Shown here: positions 17,123-26,199 of the stretch, piece after piece | Layout: the number at the start of each line of letters is the position of its first letter | Position numbering within the stretch: the stretch's first letter is position 1 | IMG/VR virus record: IMGVR_UViG_3300035682_000035 | Coordinates: 1 to 62,304 of that record | Direction: 5' to 3' (one strand) | From: a virus | Lineage: Duplodnaviria; Caudoviricetes | DNA: 62,304 nt | The notes under the pieces: generated by a model | Databases searched by the model: none | What the model was told of the DNA's origin: nothing | Seen by the model: the letters and a program-made list of their open reading frames with translations, nothing else | Position numbers and translations under genes: made by a program

Positions 17123-17263
17123 ATGGACTATAAACCAAAAACGGTGCCTATTGTGAAGAACAACTCAGGCTATCCTAACAACGTAGCTAACACTCAGACT
17201 GTGAAGACTCGCGGTACGGGTGCGGCTACCAAGGGTACACACAGCAGCAAGAAGCTTGGCTAA
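17123..17263 (+). CDS. 46-aa basic protein missed by ORF track (MDYKPK...RGTGAATKG...)
   Basis: ATG 17123, TAA 17261-63 overlapping next ATG; fills the gap. Confidence 0.7.
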   Translation: MDYKPKTVPIVKNNSGYPNNVANTQTVKTRGTGAATKGTHSSKKLG

Positions 17264-17925
17264 TGAATTACGCTGAACTCGTCGAAGCAATTAAGGGTTA
17301 CACCGAAAACGACTTTCCGGATACGGTAGGGTCGGGTGGACTCACTTCGACTGAGCAAATTGATATTTTCATCGTTAACGCCGAAGAGCGCATCTTCAAC
17401 TCAGTCCAACTTCTGGACTTACGGAAGAACGTCACCGGCAGCGTGACCGCCAACAACAAATATCTTTCTGTTCCTTCGGATTGGCTTGCTACGTTTTCAA
17501 TCGCGTTGATTGACGCAAATACTGGGTCGTACGAGTTCCTGCTGAATAAAGATGTGAGCTTTATTCGTTCGTCCTTCCCTAATCCAAATGTGACGGGACC
17601 GCCAACTCACTACGCTTTCTTTGATGTGAACTCCTTCATCCTTGGACCTACCCCAGACCAAAATTACGGCGCAGAACTTCACTATTTCTACTACCCGCCG
17701 TCGATTACGGTTGCAGGTTCGACGTGGTTAGGTGATAACTTTGAGAGCGTTTTACTTTACGGCGCGCTATTAGAAGCGTATACGTTCATGAAAGGCGAAG
17801 CTGACGTTATTGCTGAATACCAAAAGCGCTACAACGAAGCGATGGGTATGCTGAAGCAACTGGGCGAAGGCAAGAACCGTCAAGATATGTATCGGACTCC
17901 GCAAGTACGGTACCCAGTGAGGTAG
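17263..17925 (+). CDS. Putative tail adaptor (tubular protein A-like)
   Basis: FIVNAEERI, LGPTPD, LLYGALLEA motifs; position. Confidence 0.65.
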   Translation: MNYAELVEAIKGYTENDFPDTVGSGGLTSTEQIDIFIVNAEERIFNSVQLLDLRKNVTGSVTANNKYLSVPSDWLATFSIALIDANTGSYEFLLNKDVSFIRSSFPNPNVTGPPTHYAFFDVNSFILGPTPDQNYGAELHYFYYPPSITVAGSTWLGDNFESVLLYGALLEAYTFMKGEADVIAEYQKRYNEAMGMLKQLGEGKNRQDMYRTPQVRYPVR

Positions 17926-17930
17926 TATAG

Positions 17931-18215
17931 ATGTTTGATTTAGCAGCAGGTAATATCGGAAACGTTATGGTAATGACCTCGGATAACCGTGGGTTTACGC
18001 CTGAAGAAATTGCTGACCGCGCATTAGACAAGATCATGTACGTAGGTAGTCAGACACACCCAGCTATCCGCGATCAGGCCGAAGCTTTCCGAGAAAATAT
18101 ACGGGAAGTAATTGTGTTTTATATGCACGAAGCAATTCGGTCTCATAATGTAACTCTGGTAAGTAAATTTAAACAGGCGGGGCATCCAGAGCTAACCGCC
18201 ATACTCGATATATAA
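17931..18215 (+). CDS. Small late protein
   Basis: SD GAGG; HPAIRDQAEAF. Confidence 0.7.
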   Translation: MFDLAAGNIGNVMVMTSDNRGFTPEEIADRALDKIMYVGSQTHPAIRDQAEAFRENIREVIVFYMHEAIRSHNVTLVSKFKQAGHPELTAILDI

Positions 18216-18227
18216 GGAGGCCTTAAC

Positions 18228-18707
18228 ATGCCAATTACCCAAGCAATGTGCACTAGTTTCAAAGCTGAACTTATGCTCGCCGTACACGACTTTCGTGTAA
18301 CAGGTGGCGACACTTTCAAGTTAGCCATGTACACTTCTTCAGCTACGATTGATGCAAACACGACGGCTTATTCGGCTACCAACGAAGTGACCGGCACAAA
18401 CTACACGGCTGGTGGCGGCACGCTGACGCGTACCGGTGTCGGTACAACTAACTCAACGACTACCAATGGTACGGGTTTCACTGACTTTACCGACCTTACG
18501 TTCACCAATGCGACCGTTACGGCTCGCGGCGCTCTTATTTATAATACCACGCCGTCTGCTAACTCGAACGCGAACACCACGCTGACGAACGCTGCGGTAT
18601 GTGTACTGGACTTTGGTTCGGATAAGACTTCGACGGCAGGCGATTTCACCATCGTTTTCCCAGCATTTGATGCTGCGAACGCAATTATTCGTATTGGTCA
18701 AGCTTAA
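18228..18707 (+). CDS. Tail-associated structural protein
   Basis: TQAMCTSFK, FKLAMY, YTAGG, VLDFG; strong SD. Confidence 0.7.
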   Translation: MPITQAMCTSFKAELMLAVHDFRVTGGDTFKLAMYTSSATIDANTTAYSATNEVTGTNYTAGGGTLTRTGVGTTNSTTTNGTGFTDFTDLTFTNATVTARGALIYNTTPSANSNANTTLTNAAVCVLDFGSDKTSTAGDFTIVFPAFDAANAIIRIGQA

Positions 18708-18764
18708 TAACATTAGTAGCGTAGCCGATAGCCAGCCATAATATAAACTACGGAACCCTATGTA

Positions 18765-20609
18765 ATGCCACTTATTCTCGCAGACCGTGTCAAGGACACA
18801 ACTACGACAACTGGTACGGGCACGATCACGCTTAGTGGTACGGCCCCTATCGGGTATGTTTCGTTTGGCACGGCTATCGGTAACGGCAATACTACGTATT
18901 ATACTATTACGGCAGGTTCGGAGTGGGAAGTTGGTATCGGCACTTACACGGCTTCGGGTACAACACTATCCCGCGATACGGTGCTCGCATCAAGTGCAGG
19001 TGGTACGACCAAGGTTACCTTCTCCGCAGGTACCAAGGATGTCTTTGTAACCTATCCTGCTGGTAAGGCTATTTCGGATGGCTACGGCACACTGCCTGCC
19101 GCTAATGGCGGCACTGGGTTAACTTCACCCGGCACAGCAGGTAACGTCCTTACTAGCAATGGCACGGCATGGACGAGTGCAGCAGGCGGCCCCGCGTTTC
19201 AAGCTGTCGCTTCTGGAACGCTGGCAGACGGCTCAACGGTTATCGTTAATACTGACGGAACAGTGAGCGTGGCAGGCATAGTCGTTTTTTCAAGCCCGAC
19301 CTTCGGTACTGCGACTGTGTTTGAGAGCGCAAATACCACATACATTTCCGCCACTTACGACAGCGTTTCTCAAAAAGTAGTCATAGCTTATCGGGACGTA
19401 GCCAACTCCAACTACGGTACTGCTATCGTTGGTACGGTGAGCGGCACCAGCATCAGTTTTGGTACTGCGGTTGTGTTCGAAAGCGCGGCCACCATTGACA
19501 TTTCCGCCACTTACGACAGCAACGCTCAGAGAGTAGTTATTGCTTATCAAGACTCCGGCAACTCCAACTACGGTACTGCTATCGTCGGAACAGTCAGTGG
19601 CACCAGCATCAGTTTTGGTACTGCGGTTGTGTTTAGGAGCGCGGCCACTTTCTACAGTTCCGCCACATACCACAGCGTTTCTCAAAAAGTAGTTATCGCT
19701 TATCGGGACAACGGCAACAGCGCCTTTGGTACTGCTATCGTCGGAACAGTCAGTGGCACCAGCATCAGTTTCGGTACTGCGACTGTGTTTGAGAGCGCGG
19801 CCACCCTTGACATTTCCGCTACCTACGACAGCGTTTCTCAAAAAGTAGTTATCGCTTATCAAGACGTTGGCAACTCCAGCTTTGGTACGGCTATCGTCGG
19901 AACAGTCAGTGGCACCAGCATCAGTTTCGGTACTGCTACTGTGTTTGAGAGCGCAAGTACCGCATACATTTCCGCTACCTACGACAGCAACGCTCAGAGA
20001 GTAGTCATCGCTTATCGGGACGTAGCCAACTCCAACTACGGTACTGCTATCGTCGGAACAGTCAGTGGCACCAGCATCAGTTTTGGTACTGCGGTTGTGT
20101 TTGAGAGCGCAAGTACCGCATACATTTCCGCCACCTACGACAGCTTTAGTCAACGAGTAGTCATCGCTTATCAAGACGTTGGCAATTCCAGCTTTGGTAC
20201 TGCTATCGTCGGAACAGTCAGTGGCACCAGCATCAGTTTTGGTACTGTGGTTGTGTTTGAGAGCGCAACTACCCCATACATTTCCGCCACTTACGACAGC
20301 GTTTCTCAAAAAGTAGTCATAGCTTATCAAGACGCCGGCAACTCCAGCTTTGGTACTGCTATCGTCGGAACAGTCAAGGGCACCAACCTCACCGCTGAAA
20401 ACTTTATCGGCTTCAGTAACGGTGCCTATACGAACGGCCAAACGGCTACTGTCCAAGTAGTGGGCGCTGTCGATGATGCGCAGACTGGCCTCACACCGGG
20501 ACAGTCTTATTTCGTACAAACTACCGGAGCGCTAGGCTTGACGGCGGATAGCCCATCCGTGTTTGCTGGCACAGCTGTTGCAGCAAGCAAGATTATTGTA
20601 AAAGGATAA
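18765..20609 (+). CDS. Tail fibre / receptor-binding protein with seven 52-aa repeats (predicted beta-propeller)
   Basis: N-terminal LADRVKDTTTTTGTG; 7 x 156-bp repeats at 19302-20393. Confidence 0.8.
   Translation: MPLILADRVKDTTTTTGTGTITLSGTAPIGYVSFGTAIGNGNTTYYTITAGSEWEVGIGTYTASGTTLSRDTVLASSAGGTTKVTFSAGTKDVFVTYPAGKAISDGYGTLPAANGGTGLTSPGTAGNVLTSNGTAWTSAAGGPAFQAVASGTLADGSTVIVNTDGTVSVAGIVVFSSPTFGTATVFESANTTYISATYDSVSQKVVIAYRDVANSNYGTAIVGTVSGTSISFGTAVVFESAATIDISATYDSNAQRVVIAYQDSGNSNYGTAIVGTVSGTSISFGTAVVFRSAATFYSSATYHSVSQKVVIAYRDNGNSAFGTAIVGTVSGTSISFGTATVFESAATLDISATYDSVSQKVVIAYQDVGNSSFGTAIVGTVSGTSISFGTATVFESASTAYISATYDSNAQRVVIAYRDVANSNYGTAIVGTVSGTSISFGTAVVFESASTAYISATYDSFSQRVVIAYQDVGNSSFGTAIVGTVSGTSISFGTVVVFESATTPYISATYDSVSQKVVIAYQDAGNSSFGTAIVGTVKGTNLTAENFIGFSNGAYTNGQTATVQVVGAVDDAQTGLTPGQSYFVQTTGALGLTADSPSVFAGTAVAASKIIVKG
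19302..20393 (+). repeat. Seven tandem 156-bp coding repeats
   Basis: FGTAxVFESA...GTAIVGTVSGTSIS unit x7. Confidence 0.95.
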
Positions 20610-20613
20610 GCCC

Positions 20614-20868
20614 ATGCAAACCATCGTTGAAAATTCTACTAACCTCTCTAAGTATCTGCTCGATGATACAGAAGTCGTTGTATTGAATGAGGACACCATC
20701 GTCGTTGGCGATCCGGCTGAGTTCATAATCGCTGACCTTAACGCCAGCACTGCAACCATATACGAAGGTATTACTGCCCCCGACGATTGGGTTGGTAACA
20801 AGTATACCTTCGACGGTACTGATTGGGCGCTGAACCCAGATTGGGTTGAGCCACAAGCTGCTGAGTGA
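20614..20868 (+). CDS. Small acidic protein, possible fibre chaperone
   Basis: Follows fibre gene; PDDW.GNKY.FDG..W..NPDW. Confidence 0.65.
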   Translation: MQTIVENSTNLSKYLLDDTEVVVLNEDTIVVGDPAEFIIADLNASTATIYEGITAPDDWVGNKYTFDGTDWALNPDWVEPQAAE

Positions 20869-21296
20869 TGGCAAAACTAGGTCCTGTCAAATATCTCACG
20901 ATCCACTGCGCGGCTACGCCAGAAGGGCGTCATGTTACGCATGAGCAGGTTACAGAGTGGGACAAGGCTAAGTTCGGCCAGACTAGCTACCACTGGGTTA
21001 TTGAGGTTGATGGCTCTATGCACCGTACGCTGCGCGATGACCAAAAAGGTGCGCATGTAGGCAACGCAAACACAGGCAACATTGGCATCTGCTACATTGG
21101 TGGTATGGATAAGGGTATGAAACAACCTAAAGATACCCGTACAGATGCACAAAAGAAGTCGCTCCTTACACTCATTAGGACGTATAAGGGACGCTATCCG
21201 GGCATTATCATTCGCGGTCACCGCGACTGGCCCGGTACTAGAAAAGCCTGCCCATCATTTGATGTGGCGGCATGGCTTAAAGAAACGGGAGAATGA
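20865..21296 (+). CDS. N-acetylmuramoyl-L-alanine amidase (T7 lysozyme-like endolysin)
   Basis: IHCAAT, YHWVI, GAHV, GICYIGG, GHRD, KACPSF. Confidence 0.9.
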   Translation: MMAKLGPVKYLTIHCAATPEGRHVTHEQVTEWDKAKFGQTSYHWVIEVDGSMHRTLRDDQKGAHVGNANTGNIGICYIGGMDKGMKQPKDTRTDAQKKSLLTLIRTYKGRYPGIIIRGHRDWPGTRKACPSFDVAAWLKETGE

Positions 21297-21472
21297 TTAT
21301 GGGTAAGTTTAAAGGTAAAAAGACTTATATCGTCGGTGCCCTTGGCGTCATTGGCGCTATTGCCAGCTTTCTTGTTGGTGATGCCTCTGCTATAGAAGCA
21401 AGTCAGATAGCTATTACGGCTATCCTCGGCATGACGATGCGTAACGCAATCGGCAGCGCAACTAACGGGTAA
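21293..21472 (+). CDS. Putative holin, 57-59 aa, missed by ORF track
   Basis: MIMGKFKGKKTY plus two hydrophobic stretches; overlaps amidase stop; starts at 21293 or 21299. Confidence 0.65.
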   Translation: MIMGKFKGKKTYIVGALGVIGAIASFLVGDASAIEASQIAITAILGMTMRNAIGSATNG

Positions 21473-21526
21473 TTTACCACCCTGTATGGTATTTACCTAA
21501 CCGCAGCTTAGGGAGGGAGCTATAGT

Positions 21527-24415
21527 ATGTTTGGCTTTACTCCCCTCTCTACTACACCGTTTAGTACTCTACCTAATGTATCTGTAAGCGTATCCGCCAC
21601 AGGCGTAGCAGCCAATGGGTTTATTGGCACAGTTGCGTTTAGGTTCAGCTACCGAGTAACAGGCGTAGCAGCCAACGGGTTCGTCGGTACATCTACGGTA
21701 TCGGCCAAAGCCAGAACTACTTTAACAGGCGTAGCAGCCGGTGGCTTCATTGGCGCAGTTACGATTAAGTTTGGTTACCTAGTCACAGGCGTAGCAGCCA
21801 ATGGGTTCGTTGGTAATGAAGCAGTCTTAGCTAAAGCCCGAGTATCCGTCACAGGCATAGCAGCCAATGGGTTCATCGGTAACGAAACAGTTCTAGCCAA
21901 AGCCAACGTGCCTGTCACAGGCGTTTCAGCTACTGGGTTCATCGGTAACGAAACAGTTCTAGCCAAAGCCAACGTGCCTGTCACAGGCGTTTCAGCTACT
22001 GGGTTCATCGGTAACGAAACAGTTCTAGCCAAAGCCAACGTGCCTGTCACAGGCGTAGCAGCCAACGGCTTCGTTGGCACAGTTGCGTTTAGGTTTAGCT
22101 ACCGAGTAACAGGCGTTTCAGCCAACGGGTTTATCGGCACATCTACGGTCTCAGCTAAGGCCCGCACTGCCCTAACAGGCGTCTCAACCAACGGGTTCAT
22201 CGGTAACGAAACAGTTCTAGCCAAAGCCAACGCCCTACCTACGGGTGTTTCAGCTAACGGCTTTATTGGTACAACTGCGGTCTTAGCTAAAGCTAGCACT
22301 ACCCTAACTGGCGTAGCAGCCAATGGTTTCATTGGCACCGCTACAATCTCGACTAAAGTAAGCACTACCCTAACTGGCGTAGCAGCTAATGGGTTTATCG
22401 GCACATCTACGGTCTCAGCTAAAGCCCGCACTACCCTAACTGGCGTAGCAGCCGGTGGCTTCATTGGCACGTCTGCGGTCTCAGCTAAAGCTAACGCACT
22501 GCCTACGGGTGTTTTAGCCAACGGCTTCATTGGCACATCTGCGGTCTCGGCTAAAGCTAACGCACTGCCTACGGGTGTTTCAGCCGAAGGCTTCATTGGC
22601 ACAGCCACGATCTCGGCCAAAGGCATCACTACCCTAACTGGCGTAGCAGCCAATGGCTTCATTGGCACATCTACGGTCTCAGCTAAAGCCAACGCACTAC
22701 TCACAGGCATAACAACCAACGGCTTCATTGGCACATCTACGGTCTTTGCTAAAGCCAACGTACCACTCACAGGTGTTGTAGCCGAGGGCTTCATTGGGGA
22801 TGTCAGCGAAACCTTAGGCAATATAGATAACACGGCCCTCTTAGGTTTCTCGGGCTTCTCAGTCGTGCCCTTCTCAGGGGTGGAAACCGACCAACGATTC
22901 AACACAAACGTAGATGTCACAGACGTTTCGGCTAATGGCTTTATTGGCACATCTACGGTCTTAGCTAAAGCCAACGTGCCTGTCACAGGCATAGCAGCCG
23001 ATGGTTTCATTGGCACACCTGCATTTAAACTGGGAACTAGTTTCTCAGTCACAGGCGTAGCAACCGAAGGTTTCGTCGGTACATCTACGATCTCAATTAA
23101 AGCTAACGCACTACTCACAGGCGTAGTAGCCAACGGCTTCATTGGCACCGCTACGATCTCGGCTAAAGCCAACTTGCCTATCACAGGCGTAGCAACCGAT
23201 GGTTTCATTGGCACATCTGCGGTCTTAGCTAAAGCCAACGCACTACCCACAGGCGTAGCAGCCAATGGTTTCATCGGCACATCTACGGTCTCAGCTAAAG
23301 CCAGCACTACCCTAACTGGCGTAGCAGCCGAAGGCTTCGTTGGCACACCTACATTTAAACTAGGAATTAGTTTCTCAGTTACAGGCGTAGCATCCAACGG
23401 CTTTGTTGGCACCGCTACGATCTCGGCTAAAGGCCGCACTACCATAACAGGCATAGCAGCCAACGGCTTCGTCGGCACGGTTGCGTTTAGGTTCAGCTAC
23501 CAAGTAACAGGCGTAACAGCCGACGGCTTCATTGGCACATCTGCGGTCTTGGCTAAAGCCAACGTGCCTGTCACAGGCGTAGCAGCCGACGGCTTCGTCG
23601 GTACATCTGCGGTCTTAGCTAAAGCTAACGTACCGGTAACAGGCGTAGCAGCCAATGGGTTAATCGGTACATCTGCGGTCTCAGCTAAAGCTAACGCCCT
23701 GCCTACGGGTGTTTCAGCCAATGAGTTTATCGGCATATCTACGGTTTCGGGTAAAGCCAGCACTACCCTAACAGGCGTAGCAACCGACGGCTTCATTGGT
23801 GATGTTAGTGAGGCCGTAGGCAACGTAGACAACACGGCCCTCTTAGGTTTCTCAGGCTTCTCAGTCGTGCCCTTCTCAGGGGTGGAAACCGACCAGCGGT
23901 TCAATACAAACGTAGATGTTACAGACGTCTTAGCCGAAGGCTTCGTTGGCACATCTGAGGTCTTAGCTAAAGCCGACGTGCCTGTCACAGGCATAGCAGC
24001 CGACGGCTTCGTCGGCACAATTGAGATTAAACTAGGAACTGGTTTCTCAGTCACAGGCATAGCAGCCGACGGCTTCGTCGGTACAACTACGGTTTCAGGT
24101 AAAGCCAACGCACTGCCTACGGGTGTTTCAGCCGACGGCTTCATCGGCACAACTACAACCCGTTCTAGCTACTCAGTAACTGGTGTTTCAGCCAATGGCT
24201 CTATCGGTACTGTAGAAGTACCTAGCTGGAACCCAATCGTTCCAGTACAAGACCCAGACTGGGTGCCTATAGATGACTCTCAGGCGGGTGTTTGGGTTAC
24301 GATTGATGACACACAGGACCCAAGTTGGCAGGTTGTTATTAGCTCGCAAAGTACAGATTGGTCTGCTATACCCGATACGCAAATACCAAACTGGCAGGTG
24401 GTTGATGACACCTAA
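21527..24415 (+). CDS. Long repetitive virion protein (20-22-aa TGVAANGFIG repeats, Trp-repeat tail)
   Basis: About 40 degenerate units; N-terminal MFGFTPLSTTPFS; periodic Trp C-terminus. Confidence 0.8.
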   Translation: MFGFTPLSTTPFSTLPNVSVSVSATGVAANGFIGTVAFRFSYRVTGVAANGFVGTSTVSAKARTTLTGVAAGGFIGAVTIKFGYLVTGVAANGFVGNEAVLAKARVSVTGIAANGFIGNETVLAKANVPVTGVSATGFIGNETVLAKANVPVTGVSATGFIGNETVLAKANVPVTGVAANGFVGTVAFRFSYRVTGVSANGFIGTSTVSAKARTALTGVSTNGFIGNETVLAKANALPTGVSANGFIGTTAVLAKASTTLTGVAANGFIGTATISTKVSTTLTGVAANGFIGTSTVSAKARTTLTGVAAGGFIGTSAVSAKANALPTGVLANGFIGTSAVSAKANALPTGVSAEGFIGTATISAKGITTLTGVAANGFIGTSTVSAKANALLTGITTNGFIGTSTVFAKANVPLTGVVAEGFIGDVSETLGNIDNTALLGFSGFSVVPFSGVETDQRFNTNVDVTDVSANGFIGTSTVLAKANVPVTGIAADGFIGTPAFKLGTSFSVTGVATEGFVGTSTISIKANALLTGVVANGFIGTATISAKANLPITGVATDGFIGTSAVLAKANALPTGVAANGFIGTSTVSAKASTTLTGVAAEGFVGTPTFKLGISFSVTGVASNGFVGTATISAKGRTTITGIAANGFVGTVAFRFSYQVTGVTADGFIGTSAVLAKANVPVTGVAADGFVGTSAVLAKANVPVTGVAANGLIGTSAVSAKANALPTGVSANEFIGISTVSGKASTTLTGVATDGFIGDVSEAVGNVDNTALLGFSGFSVVPFSGVETDQRFNTNVDVTDVLAEGFVGTSEVLAKADVPVTGIAADGFVGTIEIKLGTGFSVTGIAADGFVGTTTVSGKANALPTGVSADGFIGTTTTRSSYSVTGVSANGSIGTVEVPSWNPIVPVQDPDWVPIDDSQAGVWVTIDDTQDPSWQVVISSQSTDWSAIPDTQIPNWQVVDDT

Positions 24416-24487
24416 GCAGGTACACAGATGCAGGTCAGTGGTGGTAACACAGTAATCTGGACTCAGATACCGACGTAAGGAAAGAAG

Positions 24488-25411
24488 ATGTCAAGCACAT
24501 ATAGCAATCTCAAAATCCAGTTAATGACCACTGGCGAGAACCTCGCCACGTGGGGTAACGTCACAAATGTCAACCTTGGGACTGCGCTTGAAGAAGCTAT
24601 TGTCGGTTCAGCGGATGTTACCTTTGCTAGTGGCAACGTCACACTTACTCTTTCCAATGCAAACACGACGCAGACCGCACGTAACCTGCGCTTGAACTTG
24701 ATCGGCACCACTGGCGGCTCGACACGCAATCTGGTCGTACCCAGCATTGAGAAGGTCTACATCGTCAACAACACCTGTGCAGACAGCGTGGTGGTTAAGA
24801 CGACTGCGGGCACTGGCATCACGGTGCCTACTGGCAAGACTATGTGGGTTTACAATGACGGCGTGAATGTGGTGGACGCTACGACGCACCTGACATCGCT
24901 TACACTTGGAACGCCTCTTGCCCTTACCTCTGGCGGCGTAGGATCAAACACGGCTGCGGGTGCACGGTCTAACCTGAGCGCAGCTAAGTCTGGGACTAAC
25001 ACGGACATTACGTCGCTCCAGCCGCTGGCTTATGCTATTGAAACCGCCACAGTTGTAGGTTCGGGTCTGAGTGGCACTTTGACTATCGACGCGATTACGC
25101 AGTCGGTACTATACTATACCGGTAACGCATCGGCTAACTGGACGGTTAATGTACGTGGTAATAGCGGTACGACCATCAACTCACTGCTTTCTACGGGGCA
25201 GGCGATCACTATTGCGGTCTTTGCTACCATCAGCACCGTAGGGTATTACAATAATGTCTTTCAAGTTGACGGTGTGACCGTCACCCCCAAATGGCAGAAT
25301 AGTGCGCCTGTCGTAGGCAACACCTCGAGTGTTGACGCTTATACATATACCATTGTGAAGACGGGTAGCGCAGCCTATACGGTCTTTGCATCGCTGACTA
25401 AGTTCGTCTAA
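24488..25411 (+). CDS. Tail fibre-associated protein
   Basis: STYS.LKIQL..TGEN..TWG..TN.NL N-terminus; T/G-rich. Confidence 0.7.
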   Translation: MSSTYSNLKIQLMTTGENLATWGNVTNVNLGTALEEAIVGSADVTFASGNVTLTLSNANTTQTARNLRLNLIGTTGGSTRNLVVPSIEKVYIVNNTCADSVVVKTTAGTGITVPTGKTMWVYNDGVNVVDATTHLTSLTLGTPLALTSGGVGSNTAAGARSNLSAAKSGTNTDITSLQPLAYAIETATVVGSGLSGTLTIDAITQSVLYYTGNASANWTVNVRGNSGTTINSLLSTGQAITIAVFATISTVGYYNNVFQVDGVTVTPKWQNSAPVVGNTSSVDAYTYTIVKTGSAAYTVFASLTKFV

Positions 25412-25421
25412 GGAGCGCACA

Positions 25422-26189
25422 GTGCCGACAATCGTCACACGTGGAGTAGCAAGCGCACGAGGGGCTGGTACCTTTTCGGCTGCTCCTCCGCCTCCTCCGC
25501 CGACCCCGACTCCACCACCTCCGGGACCGCCTCCTGTTTTTCAAACGGTTACGTTTGGCGCTGGTACCAGTAGCATATGGACTGCGCCTACTGGCGTGTC
25601 TACGATTCTTAACCTTCAGGTTGCTGGTGGTCTGTATTCCGAGGTCCCCGGAGATTATGTGTACAATACTGTTTACGGAGCTGCCTACGTACCCAGCTCC
25701 GATCAACCGGGCTCACCCGGTGCGTTCTACACTTATGCGCAGGCAGGGGCGTATGCAGACGGCGTCCTAGCGGCAGCTAACTCAGGGGGTACCGGAGACC
25801 GGTACATAACTCTTGACCCGCTATTGCTAAGTTGGAATTCTTCTACGGGTGGTTATTTTACGCAGCCGAGTAACCCCCAAACTTACCTCGCTAATGGTGT
25901 AGCTGAACGCGTTCTCGGCCCGTGGGATAATCGTAGCAGTAGCCCAGTAGGTGGCCCGGGCCAACCTCCCGTTGAATGGGGTATCGGCTTTTTCGTTTAT
26001 ACCCCCGGCGGCGAGTTTCCCGGCACCCCATCCTCCGCCTTTGGGCGCACCGCAGCAGGCACGACGTCGGCAGGGCAACCGCAAATTATAACTAGTGCTT
26101 CTTCTGTTTCGGTTACGCCGGGACAAGCGTACCAGATAATCGCTGGTGGTGCGAGCGGCTACGTCACTTTCCAGTTTAGTCAGCAGTAG
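25422..26189 (+). CDS. Fibre tip-like protein with polyproline linker
   Basis: SD AAGGAG; TRGVASARG N-terminus; PPPPPPTPTPPPPGPPP. Confidence 0.7.
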   Translation: MPTIVTRGVASARGAGTFSAAPPPPPPTPTPPPPGPPPVFQTVTFGAGTSSIWTAPTGVSTILNLQVAGGLYSEVPGDYVYNTVYGAAYVPSSDQPGSPGAFYTYAQAGAYADGVLAAANSGGTGDRYITLDPLLLSWNSSTGGYFTQPSNPQTYLANGVAERVLGPWDNRSSSPVGGPGQPPVEWGIGFFVYTPGGEFPGTPSSAFGRTAAGTTSAGQPQIITSASSVSVTPGQAYQIIAGGASGYVTFQFSQQ

Positions 26190-26199
26190 GAGCTAATAG

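Noticed and set aside
19302-20393. Diversity-generating retroelement target
   Set aside because: Some changes are at adenines but many are not; no reverse transcriptase or non-coding template repeat found.
19290-20519. 409-aa antisense ORF
   Set aside because: Shadow of the 156-bp repeats; a stop-free unit propagates.
21775-24150. Long antisense ORFs (101, 459, 217 aa)
   Set aside because: Mirror-frame shadows of the repeat protein.
21527-24415. Tape measure protein
   Set aside because: Beta-type T/G/V repeats rather than helical; no tail tube or chaperone genes recognised.
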